Source: Candidatus Poriferihabitaceae bacterium
GTDB taxonomy: Bacteria > Pseudomonadota > Gammaproteobacteria > Arenicellales > Poriferihabitantaceae
Length of the DNA: 64,000 nucleotides
Reading direction: 5' to 3'
NCBI GenBank assembly: GCA_965204925.1
Contig: OZ242021.1
Coordinates: forward strand, 652,000-715,999
Shown here: positions 31,220 to 40,587 of the stretch, one piece after another
Numbering within the stretch: the first letter of the stretch is position 1
Layout of the letters: the number at the start of each line of letters is the position of its first letter
The notes under the pieces: model-generated
Told to the model about the DNA's origin: nothing
The model's input: the letters and a program-made list of their open reading frames with translations, nothing else
The model's database searches: none
Position numbers and translations under genes: made by a program

Positions 31220-31630
31220 ATGTCATCAAAAACCACCTACAGTATTTCGGATCTGGCCAGACACTTCGATATTACGACCCGCGCCATCCGCTTTTATGAA
31301 ACCGAAAAGTTACTGTCACCGCGGCGGGAAAACAACAAACGGGTGTACGGCGAACGGGACCGGGTACGGCTGCAACTGATCCTGAGAGGAAAGAGAATCG
31401 GTTTTTCCCTGGAAGAGATTAAAACCACGATGGAGCTGTATGATACCCATCCGAACGAGTCGGCGCAGCTGGAATTCGTGTTGCATACCATCCGCATACA
31501 CAAACGGGAGCTGAAACAAAAGCAGGCCGATATCTCCGACACACTGGATGACATGGACTCGGTGGCGAAGAAAGTGCGTACGAAACTTGAAAGTATCCAA
31601 TCCGCGGAAAAACGTTATGAGTCAATATAG
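31220..31630 (+). CDS. MerR family transcriptional regulator (LiuR-like)
   Basis: YSISDLARHFDITTRAIRFYETEKLL is a MerR HTH. 136 aa. Overlaps the downstream ACAD by 14 nt. Confidence 0.8.
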   Translation: MSSKTTYSISDLARHFDITTRAIRFYETEKLLSPRRENNKRVYGERDRVRLQLILRGKRIGFSLEEIKTTMELYDTHPNESAQLEFVLHTIRIHKRELKQKQADISDTLDDMDSVAKKVRTKLESIQSAEKRYESI

Positions 31631-33419
31631 GGTACCGGCGCGCGACATCCTGTTTGCCATCGAGCATGTCGCCGACCTGGAAGGCGTGAACCGTCTGCCG
31701 GGTTGTCAGGAAGCGACGCCGGAGGCGATCAGCGCCATTCTTGTCGAGGCCGGGAAACTCGCGGAAAAAGTGCTGGACCCGCTCAACCGGATCGGCGACA
31801 AGCAGGGAGTCCGGCTACAGGACGGCAAGGTGCGTACGCCGGACGGCTGGGGCGCGGCATGGCGGCAGTTCATCGCCGGCGGCTGGAATGGCATACCGTT
31901 CGACCCGAAGCGCGGCGGCATGGGTCTGCCCTGGCTGGTAGCCGCCGCGGTGCAGGAAATCTGGCATTCATCGAACATGGCGTTTTCGCTCTGTACGCTG
32001 CTCAACCAGGGCGCTATCGCAGCCATCGACCGGCACGGTTCCAGCGCACAGAAGGATACTTTCCTCGGCAATCTGATCCATGGCAACTGGTGCGGCACGA
32101 TGAACCTGACCGAACCCCAGGCCGGCTCCGATTTGGGGCTGGTCAAGACCCTGGCGACCCCGCATGGCGATCACTACCTGCTCAGCGGTCAGAAGATATT
32201 CATCACCTACGGCGACCACGACATGACCGACAATATCGTTCACCTGGTGCTGGCGCGCACGCCGGCGGCGCCGCGCGGAGTAAAAGGTATCTCACTGTTC
32301 ATCGTGCCCAAGTACCTGCCTGACGAAGACGGCAACTGGACGGTGCGCAACGATGTCGAGACCCTTTCCCTTGAGCGCAAGCTCGGCATTCACGGCAGTC
32401 CGACCGCGGTTCTGGGCTATGGTACCGGCCGCTACCGCGACCCTGCGGGCGCCGTTGGCTGGCTGGTCGGAGAGGAAAACCGCGGCATGGCATGTATGTT
32501 CACGATGATGAATGTTGCGCGGCTGGCCGTCGGTCTGGAAGGCAACGGGGTGGCGGAACGGGCCTATCAGCAGGCCGTCTGGTTCGCCGGTGAGCGGGTA
32601 CAGGGTTGCGCAATCGGGAATACGGACGGCGAACGGGTGGCAATCATCGATCATCCTGACGTCAAGCGTATGCTGATGTTGCAGAAATGCCGCATCGAAG
32701 GGCTGCGTTCTCTGGGGCTGGCGCTGGGCGGCTCACTGGACAAGGCGCTCAAATCCCCCGACCCGCAGACACGGGAACCGGCGCAGGCCATGGTCGATAT
32801 ACTGACCCCGATAGTCAAGGGGTACATGACAGAGATGGGCCTCGAGAATGTGTCATTGGCGTTGCAGGTACACGGCGGCATGGGGTTCATCGAGGAAACC
32901 GGCGCGGCGCAGTATTACCGCGACCAGCGCATTACCCCGATTTATGAAGGCACCAACGGGATTCAGGCGCTCGACCTGATCGGGCGCAAACTGGTGCGCG
33001 ATAACGGCCGTACCGCGCGGATTGTGATCGGCCATATGCGTAACGATATGTCGAATGTGCATCAGAGCGAGTTGAATGATCTGCGTGACCGCGCGCTGGC
33101 CGGCATTGATGATTTGGAAGCCGTCATTGAAAGCATACTGGTCATGGCGGCCGATGACATGCGCAAGCCGGCCAGCATCGCCGACCCGTATTTGCGGCTG
33201 TGGGGCGTCGTGTGCTGTGCGTGGCAACTGGCGCGGGCAGCGTCCGCCGCGATGGCGCTGGGCGCCGACAGCGACCGCTTCTATGCCGCCAAAATCGAGA
33301 CCGCCCGTTTCTATTTCGCTTGCGAGATGCCGAAGGCGGCCTGTTACCGCAGCATCATTACACAAGCGGCCGGCGCCGTTGCGCGGCTTGACGCCGGCCT
33401 GTTCGAAACCTTGCAATAA
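31617..33419 (+). CDS. long (600 aa) acyl-CoA dehydrogenase with C-terminal extension (FadE/DmdC-type)
   Basis: ACAD N, middle and C domains (MNLTEPQAGSDLG...IYEGTNGIQ) plus a ~150-aa C-terminal extension. ATG at 31617. Confidence 0.8.
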   Translation: MSQYRVPARDILFAIEHVADLEGVNRLPGCQEATPEAISAILVEAGKLAEKVLDPLNRIGDKQGVRLQDGKVRTPDGWGAAWRQFIAGGWNGIPFDPKRGGMGLPWLVAAAVQEIWHSSNMAFSLCTLLNQGAIAAIDRHGSSAQKDTFLGNLIHGNWCGTMNLTEPQAGSDLGLVKTLATPHGDHYLLSGQKIFITYGDHDMTDNIVHLVLARTPAAPRGVKGISLFIVPKYLPDEDGNWTVRNDVETLSLERKLGIHGSPTAVLGYGTGRYRDPAGAVGWLVGEENRGMACMFTMMNVARLAVGLEGNGVAERAYQQAVWFAGERVQGCAIGNTDGERVAIIDHPDVKRMLMLQKCRIEGLRSLGLALGGSLDKALKSPDPQTREPAQAMVDILTPIVKGYMTEMGLENVSLALQVHGGMGFIEETGAAQYYRDQRITPIYEGTNGIQALDLIGRKLVRDNGRTARIVIGHMRNDMSNVHQSELNDLRDRALAGIDDLEAVIESILVMAADDMRKPASIADPYLRLWGVVCCAWQLARAASAAMALGADSDRFYAAKIETARFYFACEMPKAACYRSIITQAAGAVARLDAGLFETLQ

Positions 33420-33491
33420 AGTCCGCGGTATCGGCCGGAAAATCGACCTCCCTTGCAGTCGGGGACGGCATCCTGCCGGGCCGGTCGCCGG

Positions 33492-33851
33492 TCAACCGCC
33501 GACCAGCATCGAAATCAGGCTCGCCAGACCACGAGCGAACTCGCTTTCCAGCGGGAAGGAAAGCATGCCCAGCACCGAATAACCGAGCAGCCAGGGCATC
33601 AGGTAAAAGCGGATCATATAGAAAAACCAGGCTACATACAGGGGGACGAGCGCGTCAACGAGGAAGCCGGGCGTGATCGGAGAAAACAGTTTCAGGATCG
33701 GATCGGTATATTTGACGAATACGCGCATGAAAAAGAAGGAACTGTCCTCGCGCAGGAAAATACTCATACCGAAGCGCCCGATCAGGGTCCACATAACCAT
33801 GCCCATGAGGTAATCGAGCGTCAGTACCCAGCCCGGAAATTCGCTATACAT
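33492..33851 (-). CDS. small integral membrane protein, YggT-like
   Basis: 119 aa with several hydrophobic helices. TDPILKLFSPITPGFLVDALVPL resembles the YggT T-E-P-x-L...P...D-x-S-P motif, a weak assignment from memory. Confidence 0.45.
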   Translation of the reverse strand: MYSEFPGWVLTLDYLMGMVMWTLIGRFGMSIFLREDSSFFFMRVFVKYTDPILKLFSPITPGFLVDALVPLYVAWFFYMIRFYLMPWLLGYSVLGMLSFPLESEFARGLASLISMLVGG

Positions 33852-33898
33852 ATTCAGACGATTGCGGACAACTTCGCGCCGGCGTCAGCCGGAGGCGC

Positions 33899-33927
33899 AA
33901 AAAAAATGCCGGGGACAAGCCCCGGCA
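33899..33927 (-). terminator. Rho-independent terminator downstream of the symporter gene
   Basis: On the minus strand there is an 8-bp perfect stem (tgccgggg / ccccggca) and a small loop. It is followed directly by T8 (A8 at 33899-33906 on the + strand), 35 nt after the stop at 33962. Confidence 0.65.
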
Positions 33928-33961
33928 CAGTCACGACTGAAAACAATTTCAGTAAACCGGA

Positions 33962-35782
33962 TCAGTGGGAAGAACCCAGTATCGTCTTGCCCGCAGGCAC
34001 ACGGATCTCATCGACCATGGCCTGGGTCTCGGCGTCGGGTTCCGCCGTCATCAGCGAGACCACAACCATGGCAACCAGGCTCACCGGCATACCGATCATT
34101 CCGAAGCGCAGATGGTCGATACCGATCCACGGATCCATGCCGGCGAAGCGCACCATGTACAGATACCAGGTTCCCGCGAGGAAACCGCATACCATACCGG
34201 CAATAGCGCCGGGGCGGTTGGCCCGTTTCCACCAGATACCGAGAACGATCGGGAACAGCAGTCCGGAACAGGCGAAGTCGAATGCCCATGCCACCGCTCC
34301 CAGGATACTGGTGAGTTTCAGGCTCGCTACAAAGGCGCCCGCGGCTCCGATCAACAACAGCAGGGCGCGCGCTACCAGCAGGCGTTTTTTTGTTTCTGCG
34401 GCCGGATCGATGATTTTGTAGTACAGGTCATGAGACAGGGCGTTTGCAATCGCCAGCAGCAGGCCGTCCGCCGTTGACATCGCGGCCGCCATACCGCCGG
34501 CGGCGACGAGACCGGAGATGACATACGGCAGCCCGGCAATTTCCGGGGTGGCCAGCACGACAATGTCACCGCGCATGAAAAACTCGTTGAGTTGCAGTAT
34601 GCCGTCCGCGTTGCCGTCTATAACCTGCAGGAAGCCGACGCTGCTCCACTTCTGCACCCATTCCAGCGCATTCACTTCCGTGATCGCCTTGCCGATGATA
34701 CCCGTTGCCAATTCAGGGTTGAGCAACTGCAACTTGGTAAATGTCGCCAGCGCCGGAGCCGTGAAATACAGCAGGAAAATGAAGAACAGGGACCAGGCAA
34801 CGGACTGTCTGGCCGCCCTCACCGTAGGAGTCGTAAAGTAACGCATGAGGATATGCGGCAATGACGCCGTACCGGCCATCATGCACAATACCAGGGTAAC
34901 GAACTTCCAACTGTCGCCGGCAGCCGCGAAAGGAACGCTCAACGCCTTGAGGCCGGCTTTCGCGCCACTGACCGCTTCCAGGGTACCGAGACCGTGCAAC
35001 GCCTCGAGTTCGGTGATTTTCATGACGGCATCGCCGTAGACCAGCTGCGGAACGAGGCCGAAACCCTGTTTGTTGGACATCCAGAATACCGGCACCAGAT
35101 AGGCGATGATCAGTACGATGTACTGCGCGACCTGGGTCCACGTTACCGCTCGCATGCCGCCGAGCATCGAACACAGCAGGATACCGAGCAGTCCGAACCA
35201 GACCCCGACCTCGAACGGAATCTGAAGCGCGCGCGCGGCGATCGTTCCGGTAGCATTGATCTGCGCGGTCACATAAGTGAACGAAGTAACGACCAGCACC
35301 ACCACGGCGCAGAAACGGGCGAGGTTGCCGCCGTATCGTGTACCGATGAAATCCGGCACCGTGTAACAGCCGAACTTGCGCAGATAAGGCGCCATGAGCG
35401 CCGCGACCAGTACATAGCCGCCGGTCCAGCCAACCACGAACGCCAGGTAACCGTGTCCCCCGAAGTAGATGCCGCCGGCCATGGCAACGAACGAAGCGCC
35501 CGACATCCAGTCTGCGGCGGTGGCCATACCATTGAAGACGGTGGGCACCTGTCGACCGGCGACATAGTAGGCATCGACCTTCATCGTCCGCGACAGCCAG
35601 CCGATAGCGGCATAGATCAGAACGGTAAAGGCAACGAAAAGGATACCGATGGTATCAGCCGCCATGCCCATTTGTTCGAACAGAGCCATAATGAGGATGA
35701 ATACCAGGAAGCCCCCGGTATACAACCCGTAGATTTTTGGCAAATTCTCGACAAAATTGCCTTTTAACAAGTTGTCTTTCAT
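33962..35782 (-). CDS. sodium:solute symporter family transporter (ActP/cation-acetate symporter-like)
   Basis: 606 aa and multi-spanning, with SSF-family similarity. Paired with an upstream DUF4212 small subunit, as is usual for this subfamily. Confidence 0.85.
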   Translation of the reverse strand: MKDNLLKGNFVENLPKIYGLYTGGFLVFILIMALFEQMGMAADTIGILFVAFTVLIYAAIGWLSRTMKVDAYYVAGRQVPTVFNGMATAADWMSGASFVAMAGGIYFGGHGYLAFVVGWTGGYVLVAALMAPYLRKFGCYTVPDFIGTRYGGNLARFCAVVVLVVTSFTYVTAQINATGTIAARALQIPFEVGVWFGLLGILLCSMLGGMRAVTWTQVAQYIVLIIAYLVPVFWMSNKQGFGLVPQLVYGDAVMKITELEALHGLGTLEAVSGAKAGLKALSVPFAAAGDSWKFVTLVLCMMAGTASLPHILMRYFTTPTVRAARQSVAWSLFFIFLLYFTAPALATFTKLQLLNPELATGIIGKAITEVNALEWVQKWSSVGFLQVIDGNADGILQLNEFFMRGDIVVLATPEIAGLPYVISGLVAAGGMAAAMSTADGLLLAIANALSHDLYYKIIDPAAETKKRLLVARALLLLIGAAGAFVASLKLTSILGAVAWAFDFACSGLLFPIVLGIWWKRANRPGAIAGMVCGFLAGTWYLYMVRFAGMDPWIGIDHLRFGMIGMPVSLVAMVVVSLMTAEPDAETQAMVDEIRVPAGKTILGSSH

Positions 35783-35785
35783 GTT

Positions 35786-36043
35786 CTATTCCTCCGCGAA
35801 ACCGGTTTCCTGATCAATTTTATGCTGTGCCCAGGCAAACCAGAAGATCAGGATTACAAAAATGACTTCCGAACCCTGTGCGGCCATGTAAAAACCCAGC
35901 GGGAAACCCATGAACGAAACCGCGTTCAGGGCGCCGGCAAACCAGTGCACGACGAAAGAAAAAATGAACCATAAAACCAGGGTGATGATCATGAGACGCC
36001 TGGTGCGCGTCCAATGTTCCACCCTTCGGCTGGTGTCAGTCAT
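35786..36043 (-). CDS. DUF4212 small membrane protein (solute symporter accessory subunit)
   Basis: 85 aa from the ATG at 36041-36043 (GGAGG upstream), two TM helices (MTDTSRRVEHWTRTRRLMIITLVLWF...). The 178-aa track ORF is an over-extension. Confidence 0.7.
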   Translation of the reverse strand: MTDTSRRVEHWTRTRRLMIITLVLWFIFSFVVHWFAGALNAVSFMGFPLGFYMAAQGSEVIFVILIFWFAWAQHKIDQETGFAEE

Positions 36044-36352
36044 ACTAACCTCCGGTATGTGTAGTAGAAAATGTTGTCCCTGTGAAGCAGTCAGGGGAAG
36101 ACATGATATTAAACAGCACAGGGAAAAATAGCAACCGGCAGAATGATCCTGTGTCAAGAGCAACCAGATTGTCCGGTTGAAAGTGAGCCTGAAGGATGAG
36201 CGGTATTTCCAACGGAAGATGAGCTTCTCAACATTGGAAAATGTTCGGCGACCTGCACAATTTTTTGCGCTTTTTGTTAAATGTATTCCGCTTTCAGGGG
36301 AACGAGCGAACAGGCCACTCAACCCGTCCGCAGGAGCGCCGTGCGCCGTTTG

Positions 36353-37930
36353 TCAGCCCGCTTGTGTTTCAAGCAGCGCCAGATTGCGTTTCTTGCGACT
36401 GAATATGGCAGCAAGCAGGTGGATTCTCCGATTGTCTGTACGGTACTTGTCGGCATAGCCGCGCTCGTTCATCTGCACAAGCGCCTGTCTTGCCTTTGCC
36501 TTCGTTTCTGACTCATCCGCTACCTTGAACTCGAATACGAATACCTGTCCCTCGTAAATCACCGCCATATCCGCTCGACCATGACTGGACGCGTCCTCTA
36601 CCCGAATATCCAGATTCAGAGCATTGAAACTGGAAAACAGCATACTGGCATAATACCCCTCATAACGAGCCATGTCATTCTGATCATGCCAGGCATGCGG
36701 CATACCGGCAAACAGCGATTGCAACTGTTCGGCAAGGGTCGTGAAGTCATTGTCGGCAAGCAGATGGATTAGCGTTCCGCCCTGCTTCAGGACGTGTGCT
36801 GTCGACCGACCACTGACCGCAGTCAGCAACTGCCGGTTCAGGCTCAAACGCACCTCATGGTTGGGATAATCAAGAAGGTAGAACGTCTCCCCGTACTGCT
36901 CTGACTCACCGGCAATGGTCAGATAGCCGCACTGGAATAACAGGGCATTGAGGTCGATGTTCTCAACCTCAAAGCGGGCCAGGTCTGCTCTGGGCATTTC
37001 CAGGTTCTGCAACTGCCGCGTATTGATTTCTCCACTGGCCATGCGCTGGTACAGGAATGAGGGCGTGCCGGTCTCATACCACCACGGGATGAACTCGCGG
37101 TTCCTGAAATACAGCAGAATATCGAACGGGTTGTAGACTTTCTCTTGCCCGCGCCAGTGATAGCCGTTGTACCAGTGGCGGATATTCTCGCGCTCTGTAT
37201 CGGCCAGACCTTCCATTTCCGGGGCGAATACTGTTTCCAGGTCGTTCTGCGTATACCCGCACAGTGTGGCATATTCGGGGTCCAGGCTCAGATCGTACAG
37301 ATTATTCAGGTTCGAGAACAAACTGACCTTCGAGTACATACTGATGCCGGTAACAAAGACAAAGCGAATCATATCCGCGCAGTCCTTGATGACCCCGTAG
37401 AAGCCACGCAGATAATCGCGGTTGGCTTGCGCCAGTTCCTGATTCTCCAGCGTATCAAGGACCGGCTTGTCATATTCATCTACGAGAACGACAACCTGCT
37501 GCCCGGTCTCATAATAAAGACGCTCTATGAGGCTGCGAAGGCGCGTCGGACCGGTATCCGCTTCCGTGTCCGGCTCAAGATCCTGACGGCGCTCAATATC
37601 TCTCAACTGCAACATGACGTCCTTTCCCAGTTCTCCCGACTCATTGTATTTGCCGCCGAAGCTCAGGCGTATCACCGGATGCTGGATACTCCAGTCCCGA
37701 TTCTCATGAATATGAAGCCCGCGGAACAGTTCTTCGTTGCCCTCGAAAAGTTCCTTCAGCGTGGAAATCAGCAAACTCTTGCCGAAACGGCGCGGGCGCG
37801 ACAGGAAGTAGTATCGACCTCCGCCTTTCGTCAAATTCCACAGATGGGTGGTCTTGTCCACATAGTAGCAGTTGGATGTGCGAATGTTGCCAAACGAAGC
37901 ATCTCCGATCGGTAATTCCAGTCTGTCCAT
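36353..37930 (-). CDS. AAA-ATPase-like domain plus C-terminal PD-(D/E)XK nuclease domain protein (PF09820 + PF08011-type architecture)
   Basis: The N-terminus FGNIRTSNCYYVDKT...YFLSRPRRFGKSLLISTL is typical of the 'predicted AAA-ATPase' family. The C-terminus has GRADMAVIYEGQVFVFEFKV (D...E-x-K). Family names are from memory. Confidence 0.7.
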   Translation of the reverse strand: MDRLELPIGDASFGNIRTSNCYYVDKTTHLWNLTKGGGRYYFLSRPRRFGKSLLISTLKELFEGNEELFRGLHIHENRDWSIQHPVIRLSFGGKYNESGELGKDVMLQLRDIERRQDLEPDTEADTGPTRLRSLIERLYYETGQQVVVLVDEYDKPVLDTLENQELAQANRDYLRGFYGVIKDCADMIRFVFVTGISMYSKVSLFSNLNNLYDLSLDPEYATLCGYTQNDLETVFAPEMEGLADTERENIRHWYNGYHWRGQEKVYNPFDILLYFRNREFIPWWYETGTPSFLYQRMASGEINTRQLQNLEMPRADLARFEVENIDLNALLFQCGYLTIAGESEQYGETFYLLDYPNHEVRLSLNRQLLTAVSGRSTAHVLKQGGTLIHLLADNDFTTLAEQLQSLFAGMPHAWHDQNDMARYEGYYASMLFSSFNALNLDIRVEDASSHGRADMAVIYEGQVFVFEFKVADESETKAKARQALVQMNERGYADKYRTDNRRIHLLAAIFSRKKRNLALLETQAG

Positions 37931-38131
37931 GGTGCGTCCTTATGTCAGGAAAGTCTGCTCATTATAGCGCCTTCATTAATAAAGACTCTCGCGGATAACC
38001 CTGCGCCGGCCGTGAAGCAGGGCGCCACGCGGAAACTGTTAGCCCAATTTGGTAATGTCCTCTTTTTTCTTCAGGGGATCTAATGACGAGCGGGACAATT
38101 ACGATCGGTTATCAGGAACTGGATGGCGCAG

Positions 38132-39667
38132 TCAGACCGCTCCCGGAGCCAGTTTCAGGTTGAGCATTCTCAGTGTCGCCTCGATACCGGCGAATACCTG
38201 GTTGGCATTGACACCGCGAGTCCTGATTTTGCGTTCACTGTCCTGCCACGTGATAAAACATTCGACGAGGGCGCTGGTCTTGCCGCCTTTGGGTATGCGC
38301 ACCTGGTAGTCGATCAGCTCGGGGAACCCGAATCCGGTTCCGTCCAGAATTTTCTTCACGGCAACGATAAAGGCATCGAAACCGCCGTTGCCGGTACCGG
38401 TCGATTTCAGCGTTTTGTCGAACAGGCGCACACTGATACTGACCACGGACTCAAGTCCCAGCACGCTGGTAATCGAACAGTTCAATAATTCGATCACCTT
38501 CTCGTCGCCGGTCTCCAGCACCTCGGCTATGATCAGGGGCAGGTCTTCCGGAGTAATGCTTTCCTTGGAATCGCCCAACTCGACCACACGCGCAAGCACC
38601 TTCGACTGGTTATCGGGAGAAAGGCTGATGCCCAGCGTCTCAAGGTTTTTCTGCAGTGATGCCTTGCCGCTCATCTTTCCCAGCGCATAGGAACGGGTGC
38701 GGTTGAAGCGGCGCGGACTGAGGCGGGTCTGGTACAGGTCTCCTTTCTGGTCGCCATCGGCGTGGATGCCGGCAGTTTGCGTAAACACATCGGCGCCGAT
38801 AACGGGAGTATTTCCGGCCACTATTTTTCCGGAGAAATTTTCCACCATGCGGCTGATGTTGTAGATCTCGTGCTCCTCGATCCGCAAGCGCGCTCCCAGC
38901 TTGTCCTTGAGTACCAGGCAGATTTCCGCCAGAGAAGCGTTGCCGGCGCGCTCACCGAGACAGTTGACCGTACAATGGACGGAAGCCGCGCCAGCGCGCA
39001 CGGCCGCCATACAGTTCGCCGTCGCCAGACCATAGTCGTTGTGCGGGTGGAAGTCGAACCGGCAGTCGGGAAAGCGGTCGAGCATGTCGCAAAAACTGTC
39101 GTATACCTCGCCCGGGGACATCACGCCGAGCGTATCGGGTAACATGAAATACCCGATCGGCAACGATTGCAGCTGCTTCATCATGTCGAAAACATACTGC
39201 GGACTGTCGGCGTAGCCATTCGACCAGTCCTCAAGATAAACATTGACCGCCAGCCCCTGGCCGCAGGCATAATCGATCGTTCGCGATATGTCGTTGAGAT
39301 GCTGCGCCAGAGTTTTGCCCAGTTGATTCCTGCAATGCTTTTCACTGCCCTTGGCAAGCAGATTGATCACTTTTCCACCGACCTCCGAAATCCAGTCGAC
39401 ACTGCGCTTGTGATCGACGAATCCGAGTACCTCGACCCGCTCCAGGTAACCCTTGCGGCTCGCCCACCGGTTGATGCTGCGCACAGCTTCGCGTTCACCA
39501 CAGGATATACCGGCAGAAGCGACTTCGATACGGTCGACGCCGAGCGAGTCGAGCAGCGCCCGGGCAATACTCTCTTTTTCGGAACGGGAAAACGAGACGC
39601 CCTGCGTCTGTTCCCCGTCGCGCAGGGTTACATCGACAATCTTGACGGCGGGATCGACTGCTGACAT
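38132..39667 (-). CDS. cimA: citramalate synthase / 2-isopropylmalate synthase family (with LeuA-dimerisation regulatory domain)
   Basis: DVTLRDGEQT HMGL-like N-terminus. 511 aa with a C-terminal LeuA allosteric domain. Size and layout fit CimA better than long LeuA. The choice between the two is unresolved. Confidence 0.75.
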   Translation of the reverse strand: MSAVDPAVKIVDVTLRDGEQTQGVSFSRSEKESIARALLDSLGVDRIEVASAGISCGEREAVRSINRWASRKGYLERVEVLGFVDHKRSVDWISEVGGKVINLLAKGSEKHCRNQLGKTLAQHLNDISRTIDYACGQGLAVNVYLEDWSNGYADSPQYVFDMMKQLQSLPIGYFMLPDTLGVMSPGEVYDSFCDMLDRFPDCRFDFHPHNDYGLATANCMAAVRAGAASVHCTVNCLGERAGNASLAEICLVLKDKLGARLRIEEHEIYNISRMVENFSGKIVAGNTPVIGADVFTQTAGIHADGDQKGDLYQTRLSPRRFNRTRSYALGKMSGKASLQKNLETLGISLSPDNQSKVLARVVELGDSKESITPEDLPLIIAEVLETGDEKVIELLNCSITSVLGLESVVSISVRLFDKTLKSTGTGNGGFDAFIVAVKKILDGTGFGFPELIDYQVRIPKGGKTSALVECFITWQDSERKIRTRGVNANQVFAGIEATLRMLNLKLAPGAV

Positions 39668-39734
39668 GGAGGATCGATAAAATTTCGGACAAGCGGGGTA
39701 TTATCAACGGTCCGCATTGATATGTCCATGATTA

Positions 39735-39773
39735 AAAAAGTGTCCCCCCCCCCCTGCTTCGGGAACAGCGGGG
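39735..39773 (-). terminator. possible terminator of the mug/lipoprotein transcript
   Basis: On the minus strand cccc-gc...gc-a-gggg forms a bulged stem, followed by a G-run, ACAC and T6. The geometry is imperfect. Confidence 0.25.
39745..39754. repeat. homopolymeric C10 (G10 on the minus strand) tract
   Basis: Counted directly: gtgtCCCCCCCCCCtgc. Lies 78-87 nt upstream of the cimA start codon, at the edge of the lower-GC islet. Confidence 0.9.
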
Positions 39774-39936
39774 CTATCCGTCCGTATTGGGCTTGGGTAA
39801 GCTCCACCGGTTTGATTCTCAACTACGGTTCCAGCCAAAGGCGACAAGGGCAAAGAGTATTATACTTCAGTCAAGTTGCGCTAACACGTCCTAATCTTGT
39901 TATGACCCGTCGAACGGAAAATGAGCATATTCGAAA

Positions 39937-40449
39937 TTATCGATTCCCGAGTTTTTCTGAGATATCCAGCATCATTTGGTTTGCAGTCTCCTTTTTTTCG
40001 TACGGCCCCGGCATTCTGAGAGTTGCAAATCCTGCATCCCTCAAAGCGGATTCACATTCTTTGGCAGCTTTGGCGTAAACAAAGACAACAATCGGTCTCG
40101 GGTCGCCAAGTTCAACAAGCCTTTGTATCAGAAGCTTCGCCCTTTCACGAATTTCAGTCGATGACAGGTCTTGCCCTGAGAAAGTTGGCCTGCGAACCAT
40201 ATCTGCAAAACCAATTCCCTGCTGAAAAGCAAATTCATCTTCTCTTCCGCTTTCCATAAATTTAACGATTCCACTGTCTCGTAACCGTTTCCATAACCTT
40301 TGGCCATGCCGTCCCTGATAATAATGCCCTGCACTGACTGATTTCGGCGACGGGTTGATGCCAACAAAAACGGCTCGAAGTCCGGGCCGAAGAAGTTCTT
40401 TCAAAGTTACGCAATGTCTGCCGTCAATCAGGATTTGTTCTATGGGCAT
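39937..40449 (-). CDS. mug: G:T/U mismatch-specific DNA glycosylase (UDG family 2, Mug/TDG)
   Basis: 170 aa. AVFVGINPSPKS carries the family-2 GINPS motif, followed by a typical downstream layout. Confidence 0.8.
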   Translation of the reverse strand: MPIEQILIDGRHCVTLKELLRPGLRAVFVGINPSPKSVSAGHYYQGRHGQRLWKRLRDSGIVKFMESGREDEFAFQQGIGFADMVRRPTFSGQDLSSTEIRERAKLLIQRLVELGDPRPIVVFVYAKAAKECESALRDAGFATLRMPGPYEKKETANQMMLDISEKLGNR

Positions 40450-40587
40450 TTCTTCAGTTTCTCCAAATTACTGGATAGTACCCGACCCTGCGCTTGAATA
40501 TTTTCCGGTTTGGTCTGAGTGTTTCCTCAAAAGTAGTCGCGGTTTCATGTGGGATAATCAAATTTGGGGCAATCACGGCTGAACACA

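Noticed and set aside
36044-36322. 5' extension of the DUF4212 ORF (178-aa track ORF)
   Set aside because: The internal ATG at 36043 has a GGAGG SD and yields the family-typical ~85-aa two-helix protein. The upstream part has no hydrophobic or conserved features.
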